DNA of 64,000 nucleotides from a virus, in the IMG/VR virus record IMGVR_UViG_3300009161_000023, positions 133,542 to 197,541 of that record; one strand, given 5' to 3'. The notes under the pieces are model-generated. The model saw only the letters and a list, made by a program, of their open reading frames with translations. It did not search any database and was not told the DNA's origin. Below, in pieces: positions 58,240-64,000 of this stretch. Numbering within the stretch: position 1 is the stretch's first letter; every line of letters starts with the position of its first letter. The translations under genes were made by a program, and so were the position numbers.

Positions 58240-58378
58240 TAATCTTTTAAAGTAGATTAAGAATTAATTAATACCTGTCTGATTATTTAAAGTAGATTAA
58301 GAATTAATAATTAATCTTTTAAAGTAGATTAAGTAATTAATTAATACCTGCCTGATTATTTAAAGTAGATTAAGAATT
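58240..58378. repeat. Four TTTAAAGTAGATTAAG motifs in AT-rich spacers
   Basis: At about 58245, 58286, 58317, 58359. Confidence 0.9.
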
Positions 58379-58408
58379 AATTAATACTGCTCCTGCTCCT
58401 GCTCCTGT

Positions 58409-58446
58409 AAACAAAGCAAGGCCAAGGTTATTAGCCTTGGCCTTGC
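58409..58446 (-). terminator. Rho-independent terminator of the 58476-58814 gene
   Basis: 12-bp stem gcaaggccaagg/ccttggccttgc followed on the minus strand by tttgttt. Confidence 0.75.
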
Positions 58447-58475
58447 ATGATTGATTGATTGAACCTTACTGAACC

Positions 58476-58814
58476 TTACCTAAGCTTATGTTCGTTGTTA
58501 GACCTCTCCCATTCAAGGCGTTCCATTACTCTATCCTTCAACGCCTGACCTATTAGAGCAACTGCATCATGCAACTCCATGATCTCTTCCGTAGAAGGGT
58601 CTTCGGACACTTCACTCCACATGGCAACCTTAACCATGTCTATGATGCCACCATTGATAGGATCTACCGAGTATCCATCGATAGATTCAATTGATTCAAT
58701 ATTCCAGTCATGGATTACACCTACAGGTTCGCTATGGAAGTTACCTGTTCGCAGGTTGCTGTTTAATATTGTTTCGCACTCACGATTAATCATGGCCACT
58801 AATTTCCTAAGCAT
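58476..58814 (-). CDS. Hypothetical acidic protein
   Basis: SD ggggag; own terminator. Confidence 0.75.
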   Translation of the reverse strand: MLRKLVAMINRECETILNSNLRTGNFHSEPVGVIHDWNIESIESIDGYSVDPINGGIIDMVKVAMWSEVSEDPSTEEIMELHDAVALIGQALKDRVMERLEWERSNNEHKLR

Positions 58815-58914
58815 TTCTAAACTCCCTGAAAAAATAGAACCAACTTGGCAAACAAAATATCTGCCTAATTAATATATCGGTTTATCATCCTTAGAAATTT
58901 AATTAATGTATGAC

Positions 58915-59050
58915 TAATCTTTTTAAAGTAGATTAAGTAATTATTTGGTTACTTGTTTTTTAAAGTAGAATGAGAATTATTTTGGTTAACTAATCTTTTA
59001 AAGTAGATTAGTAATTAATAATTAATGACTAATCTTTTAAAGTAGAATGA
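58915..59050. repeat. Four TTTAAAGTAGA[TA]T motifs
   Basis: At about 58921, 58956, 58996, 59035. Confidence 0.9.
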
Positions 59051-59243
59051 ATATTAATGTTTAAATAATTGTTTAAATAATTATTTTGCTTAGATTGTTT
59101 ACTTAAAAGGTAATGATTAAAACGCATAATAACTTTGACAACTGAACATAATAACATCATTGGTTTAGATTGCATTAGATCGCATTAGAAGCTATTTGTT
59201 TGCAAGTAAGGCAAAGGTATTACTGGCAACAAGATCACGCAAT

Positions 59244-59283
59244 TTAAAAGAAAATACCTTGCATGGATTTCATGCAAGGTATT
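59244..59283 (-). terminator. Rho-independent terminator of the vWA gene
   Basis: 13-bp stem aataccttgcatg/catgcaaggtatt, T-rich tail on the minus strand. Confidence 0.75.
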
Positions 59284-59299
59284 GTTGTTTGAAGTGATG

Positions 59300-61390
59300 C
59301 TATTTAGTGAATAGCTTTTTAATCTGCCTAGCTAGGATTGATAAGCTGGATTTCACATCATTGATAATTACAAATCCATCTTTGCCATATAAACTTTCAC
59401 CAGCTTCTTTAGGGAAAGCATTGTCGATACCGATTGCAAAGAGATCGATACCAGCTTTGCGAATTTCCTTAACACATCTTGTGGTGTGCGGTAAACCTTC
59501 TTCACGATAATCATACCCACAAGGCATACCATCAGTAAGCATGAATAGCTTATGGACATGGTTCTTGCTTACTGGATTATTTGCAATCATGCGTTGCTGC
59601 ATGAACCTAATAGCAAAGCCATCATGGTTTTGGTATAGGCCACAAGCTTGCTCTAGCATTGCTGAGTTATCAATGCCAGCTTGCTTGTCGATGTATGGAA
59701 GCATATCAAGCGTATGCCCACTACTACGATCAGCAGTATGTCCATAAACTACTAAGTTAATCCCTTTAATAGTTTTTAACGCTTCTACCAAGGTTATAAC
59801 TACTTCTCTAGCTAATACATCTCTTCGGTTTGTTTGCATGGACTGGGATTGGTCGAGCAAGATTCCGATAGTCACATCTTTAGATTTAGGACATTCTTTG
59901 GTAGCAAACAAGTTAATGTTTTTCATACCAAATTTGTGCAAACCATTCTGGTCAATGTCACCAGTTGTTTTGCCGAAATCGTATCGATCCATTTTGTTAT
60001 TGCGGAAAGCAAAGCTATTGCGAATGATCGCAACTTGTGATCTTAATGATAAGGCAATTGCTTTATAGCTTGCTTTGTTTTTCAAAGCAGCTTTAAGTGA
60101 ATGAATCTGTAATTTTGAGACAAAAGGATCGCCAACTTTTTTTGTCTCTGGTTTAACTTCCAACCATTCGACAGGAGTTGGTTCTTCCATCACTTTCTGC
60201 CATAGGCTTTGCTCTAATGTTTCTTCCATCACTTTAGGTTTCTTATTAGCTGATTCATCATCTGAATCGCTATCTGAATCTGATTCTTTGCCATCATCTG
60301 ATTCTTTGCCATCATCTGATTCTGATTCTGATTCTGATTCATCATCTGAATCGCTACCATCTTCTGATTCATCTTCTGAATCGTTACCATCTTCTGATTC
60401 ACCATCTGAATCTGATTCATCTTCTGAATCGCTACCATCTTCTGATTCATCTTCTGAATCGTTACCATCTTCTGATTCACCATCTGAATCTGATTCATCT
60501 TCTGAATCGCTACCATCTTCTGATTTAGATTTCTTGATTCTAATTCCATCATCACTACCATCATCTGATTCATCTTCTGAATCGTTACCATCTTCTGATT
60601 CTGATTCTGATTCTGATTCTGATTCTGATTCTGATTCTGATTCTGATTCTGATTCTGATTCTGAATCGTTACCATCTTCTGATTCATCATCACCAGTTTC
60701 ATTGCTTGGATTTTCGCCATCATGCGGGTTTTCGTTTTCCTCATTACCATCACCATCATCGTCACCAGTTTCACCAACTGGGGGCAATTCTGGTTCATCT
60801 GATTCAAGGATTTCCTTTAGATTGCTAAATGCTTTTTTGGTAATCTCAATTGGTTTTTTAGAAGTCTTTAATTCTTCTGCTAATTCATCAAGAATTTCTT
60901 TAGCCTTAACTGGAATTGATTCATTGTGAAGCCAATTCTCAGTAAGTTTTTCTAAGCTTAGTTCTGGGTGCTTTGCTTCTGGTAATGAAGTTAAGAAGTT
61001 ATCAACATCACTTGAAAAGCCTGACCAATTTTCTTTAACTTTATCCAATGAGTTTTTAAGAACAACATTAGAGAAAAGGTTTTTAATTCCTTTAGGTGAA
61101 CACATTAATTCTGATTCATTCCGTTTGCTTAAATTGCCCATTGCTTTGGACAATTCTGCTTTAGCAAGCAATCGGCCAGTCTCTTCTGATATCGCATTAG
61201 GGTTATCAATAGGCTTGCCAAACGCATCGAAGAATTTACCAGCATTTATTCTGATTGCGTTCTTGTCATTACCGAATGTAACTTCCAATGTTTTCTCAGC
61301 TTTGCCAATTCCAGCATTACCAAGGATGTTTGCAGCTTTGGTTAGTTCTGCTTTGATTGTTTCAACTTTTTTTTGTGTTTCAGAGTTCAT
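59300..61390 (-). CDS. vWA (MIDAS) domain protein with long acidic linker, CobT/NorD-like partner
   Basis: ILLDQSQSM (DxSxS), LTDGMP, LFAIGI; likely start MNSETQ at 61390 behind aaagga. Confidence 0.85.
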   Translation of the reverse strand: MNSETQKKVETIKAELTKAANILGNAGIGKAEKTLEVTFGNDKNAIRINAGKFFDAFGKPIDNPNAISEETGRLLAKAELSKAMGNLSKRNESELMCSPKGIKNLFSNVVLKNSLDKVKENWSGFSSDVDNFLTSLPEAKHPELSLEKLTENWLHNESIPVKAKEILDELAEELKTSKKPIEITKKAFSNLKEILESDEPELPPVGETGDDDGDGNEENENPHDGENPSNETGDDESEDGNDSESESESESESESESESESESESEDGNDSEDESDDGSDDGIRIKKSKSEDGSDSEDESDSDGESEDGNDSEDESEDGSDSEDESDSDGESEDGNDSEDESEDGSDSDDESESESESDDGKESDDGKESDSDSDSDDESANKKPKVMEETLEQSLWQKVMEEPTPVEWLEVKPETKKVGDPFVSKLQIHSLKAALKNKASYKAIALSLRSQVAIIRNSFAFRNNKMDRYDFGKTTGDIDQNGLHKFGMKNINLFATKECPKSKDVTIGILLDQSQSMQTNRRDVLAREVVITLVEALKTIKGINLVVYGHTADRSSGHTLDMLPYIDKQAGIDNSAMLEQACGLYQNHDGFAIRFMQQRMIANNPVSKNHVHKLFMLTDGMPCGYDYREEGLPHTTRCVKEIRKAGIDLFAIGIDNAFPKEAGESLYGKDGFVIINDVKSSLSILARQIKKLFTK
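60255..60720 (-). repeat. D/E/S/G low-complexity repeats (ES run, EDG[NS]DSEDES units)
   Basis: (tctgat)n at about 60593-60663 and duplicated units. Confidence 0.9.
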
Positions 61391-61425
61391 TCTTATAATC
61401 CTTTTTCTAATAAAACTTGAGAAGT

Positions 61426-61452
61426 TTGTTCCTACCACAATGGTAGGAACAA
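61426..61452. other. 12-bp perfect hairpin between the AAA and vWA genes
   Basis: ttgttcctacca-caa-tggtaggaacaa. Confidence 0.7.
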
Positions 61453-61464
61453 TTAAGACTAACT

Positions 61465-62727
61465 TTATATCTTGAAGCCTTTACCCTTGACTAAACTAAT
61501 CACATGATTCCTTTCTGAATCGGGTGTTCCATCACAAGGAAATCTGTAAACAATGCTATTTCTTAAGGTAACATCACTACCCGAAATCTTCCAAAGCTTT
61601 GCAGCTTTTTCCAAGATTCTGGTACTGATAGTTTTTGTGTAAATGCTACCAGCTTTGTATTTATCTCGAACAACTTTTGCGATATCGCAAAGATCGTTTG
61701 CAATCTTAGCAGGGATTGCATACTTTTTCTGCAAGAGATTAGATTCTGAAACAGGGTCGATATAATCGACAGGGATTACATATTCAAACCGATCATCAAG
61801 AGCAAGATCATGCCCTTCTGTACCAGTAAATTCAGCCCCTTGGTTCATTGTTGTGAAAAAGGTTACACCATCAGCAACTTTGATTTCTTGCCCTGCTTCA
61901 TCAAACCAAAGACTTCTACGATCATCAAGCAATGGCAAGCTAGTGTTCATAGACATTGGTGCAACTCGATTAAGTTCATCAAGAATCACAACTGCTTTAG
62001 GTGTTCTTACTGCTTCAACGAATCTGGAAAAGATCCATTTAATACCATCCTTGTCTACAGTTTTATTCCCAAACAAAGATAAACCTTCTCTTAGTGTTTG
62101 ACAATCAACAATAAAACAAGGTCGTTTGAATTTTGCAGCGTATTGGATACCGAATGTGGTTTTGCCACAACCAGCAGGGCCGACCAATTGATTTCTGGAT
62201 GATGGTAATTTCTTTATGAAATCTTCCTTGGCCAATTTTTCAATTGATTCAATGAAGATTAGTTGTTCAGAAGTGAAGTGATAAAGTGGATTAACTTCTG
62301 GAATTTTTGTTGCCATTCTTAATTCATCTTCAACGATTTCTTCATGGTATTCAGTAGCAGGGATATCATCATCCTCATCGTAAGATGACATTGATTCAAT
62401 GCTTTCCATGATCGGGGTTTCTTCTGGTGTTGTGATCATAGCTACACCTAATTCTGGTTTTGCAATTGCTGCGATTGTTGGGGCTATTGAAACTGGAAAT
62501 GTTGGAATTGGAATTGCTGGCATTGTTGCCCCGATAGCACTTGCAGCGTGTGCCATTCTCTTGTATTGGTTTCTTGCTGATGCGATCATTGAACGATCAG
62601 CAATTAATCCATGTTTTGCACATTCTTCGATTGCATTGCTGATGCTGATTGTTCCATGACTTGCTACCATGATAGATCGCAAAACATTGTAAACTGGACT
62701 TCTTGCTTCTCTTGAAAAGATAGCCAT
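61465..62727 (-). CDS. MoxR-type AAA+ ATPase (CbbQ/NirQ/NorQ/CobS-like)
   Basis: Walker A GPAGCGKT, Walker B VILDELNR, TMNQG.EFTGT...DLALDDRF, ISTRIL; SD agagga. Confidence 0.9.
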   Translation of the reverse strand: MAIFSREARSPVYNVLRSIMVASHGTISISNAIEECAKHGLIADRSMIASARNQYKRMAHAASAIGATMPAIPIPTFPVSIAPTIAAIAKPELGVAMITTPEETPIMESIESMSSYDEDDDIPATEYHEEIVEDELRMATKIPEVNPLYHFTSEQLIFIESIEKLAKEDFIKKLPSSRNQLVGPAGCGKTTFGIQYAAKFKRPCFIVDCQTLREGLSLFGNKTVDKDGIKWIFSRFVEAVRTPKAVVILDELNRVAPMSMNTSLPLLDDRRSLWFDEAGQEIKVADGVTFFTTMNQGAEFTGTEGHDLALDDRFEYVIPVDYIDPVSESNLLQKKYAIPAKIANDLCDIAKVVRDKYKAGSIYTKTISTRILEKAAKLWKISGSDVTLRNSIVYRFPCDGTPDSERNHVISLVKGKGFKI

Positions 62728-62860
62728 GATTAATTCCTCTTAGCTTTATTCGGTAAGCTTTCCGTTTGATGGTTTATAATCCATCGAAGTAATATCGAAT
62801 TAATTGATTCTTAAATTTAATAAATATTAATCATTACTAATCTTGTAATCATTTAATTTG

Positions 62861-63092
62861 TAATCTACTTTAAAAAAAACAAGAGATTAATTAATTTGCT
62901 AATCTACTTTAAAAATTGTACAGGGATTAATTTTGTAATCTACTTTAAAAAAAATTCAAAATTTAAAAATTTAAATTAAAGTAGATTACAAAATTGCTAA
63001 TTAATTAGTTAATAAGTAGATTACATAATTAATTAATAAGTAGATTACATAATTATTAATTAATTAATTAATTAATTTCTTAATCTACTTTA
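62861..63092. repeat. Seven AAGTAGATTA motifs in mixed orientation
   Basis: Minus at 62861, 62900, 62936, 63080; plus at 62978, 63014, 63038. Confidence 0.85.
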
Positions 63093-63093
63093 A

Positions 63094-63345
63094 CCTGCCT
63101 GCTCCGCCTGACCCTGCCTGCTCCGCCTGATTCTGCTCCTGCTCCTGATCCTGCCTGCTCCGCCTGACCCTGCCTGCTCCGCCTGATTCTGCTCCTGCTC
63201 CTGATCCTGCCTGCTCCGCCTGATCCTGCCTGCTCCGCCTGATCCTGCCTGATCCTGCCTGATCCTGCCTGCTCCTGTACGCCTGAATCCTGCCTGATCC
63301 TGCCTGCTCCTGTACGCCTGAATCCTGCCTGATCCTGCCTGCTCG
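63094..63345. repeat. Composite CCTG-rich tandem repeats (19-bp cctgcctgctccgcctga[c/t] units and higher-order duplications)
   Basis: Direct reading; C/T-rich + strand; mixed non-triplet units. Confidence 0.95.
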
Positions 63346-63351
63346 TGTTTA

Positions 63352-63640
63352 TTTTTAAAGTAGATTAAGTAATTATTTGGTTATTTGCTTTTTTAAGTAG
63401 ATTAAGTTATTATTTGGTAAATTAATTAGTTTAAGTAGATTAAGTAATTATTTGGTTATTTGCTTTTTAAAGTAGAATAAGAATTATTTAGTTAGTTAAT
63501 TAGTTTAAGTAGATTAAGTAATTATTTGGTTAATTATAATTTTAAAGTAGAATAAGAATTATTTTGGTTAATTAATTAGTTTAAGTAGATTAAGTAATTA
63601 TTTTGATTAATTAATTAGTTAAAGTAGAATAAGTAATTAT
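63352..63640. repeat. Eight AAGTAGA[TA]TAAG(T/A)AATTATTT motifs about every 38 bp
   Basis: At about 63352, 63393, 63431, 63465, 63505, 63540, 63581, 63620. Confidence 0.9.
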
Positions 63641-63791
63641 TTGGTAAATTATTTTAAATATTCATTGTTTACCTAATTAGTAAACAATAATAAATCCTTT
63701 TAAATAAATCGTTTTAAAATAGCCTAAATTCCATTAATTTTAAATCAATGGTATTCGGTTCATATTAGGTTCATATCGTTGAATTTAAGCT

Positions 63792-64000
63792 ATGCCTGTG
63801 ATGCCTGTGCCTGTGATGCCTGTGCCTGTGCCTGTGCTTGTTCCTGTGTCTGTTCTTGTTCCTTCTGTTTTTGTTGTTCCTTGTTCTGTGCGTGCTCCTG
63901 TTCTGCCCGCTCTTCCTATACCTCTCCCTGTTGCTCTTCCTTATCGTGTGCTTGAGCCTGTGCCTGTTAAGCCTGTGCCTGTTAAGCCTGTGCCTGTGCC
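63792..64000. repeat. CCTGTG-type low-complexity repeat running off the window
   Basis: cctgtg/cctgtt hexamers; open Pro/Val-rich frame on + from ATG 63792. Confidence 0.85.

Noticed and set aside
60229-60929. Gln/Asn-rich ORF 60229(-) and Ser-rich ORF 60288(+)
   Set aside because: Off-frame readings of the acidic linker repeat in the vWA gene.
63352-63640. CRISPR array (regularly spaced repeats)
   Set aside because: Spacers are similar to each other and AT-only, the repeat is short and degenerate, and there are no cas genes; the 41-bp element in the late array is separated by whole genes.

Overview
AT-rich fragment of a large T4-like (jumbo) tailed phage genome, standard genetic code, no tRNA/rRNA/CRISPR seen. 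Layout: (1) 1-9.0 kb minus-strand virion module: >2060-aa tape-measure-like protein running off the left edge, a gp2-like DNA end protector and structural hypotheticals. (2) 9.5-25 kb and 39.6-42.8 kb: a degenerate CCA/poly(A)-polymerase-like gene and a large glycan synthesis/decoration set (glf, DegT aminotransferase, GT2, GT11, GDP-Man 3,5-epimerase, three sulfotransferases, two methyltransferases, pyruvyl transferase) surrounding Thr-rich mucin-like, G-X-T collagen-like and RCC1 proteins. (3) 22.5-57.8 kb, densest at 43.6-57.8 kb: about 24 mostly unrelated plus-strand genes share an N-terminal peptide M-[KN]-(T/S)-F-K-x-[WFY]-[LI]-x(1-3)-E that resembles the T4 capsid-targeting sequence of internal proteins, usually 4 nt behind an ATAAATA late-promoter box. 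Their cargo domains are a PARP-like ADP-ribosyltransferase+FHA, four GNATs, four HExxH peptidase-like proteins, a J-domain, ParB-like, ArcS/DUF5591-like and PcfJ-like domains. Best candidate for an undescribed system: a modular, promoter+leader-shuffled arsenal of capsid-packaged, co-injected effectors. (4) 57.9-64 kb: a compositionally different block with a MoxR-type AAA/vWA pair embedded in non-coding DNA carrying about 23 AAGTAGA[TA]T motifs, CCTG-type simple repeats and a 36-bp palindrome. All family calls are from motif recognition by eye; no searches were run.
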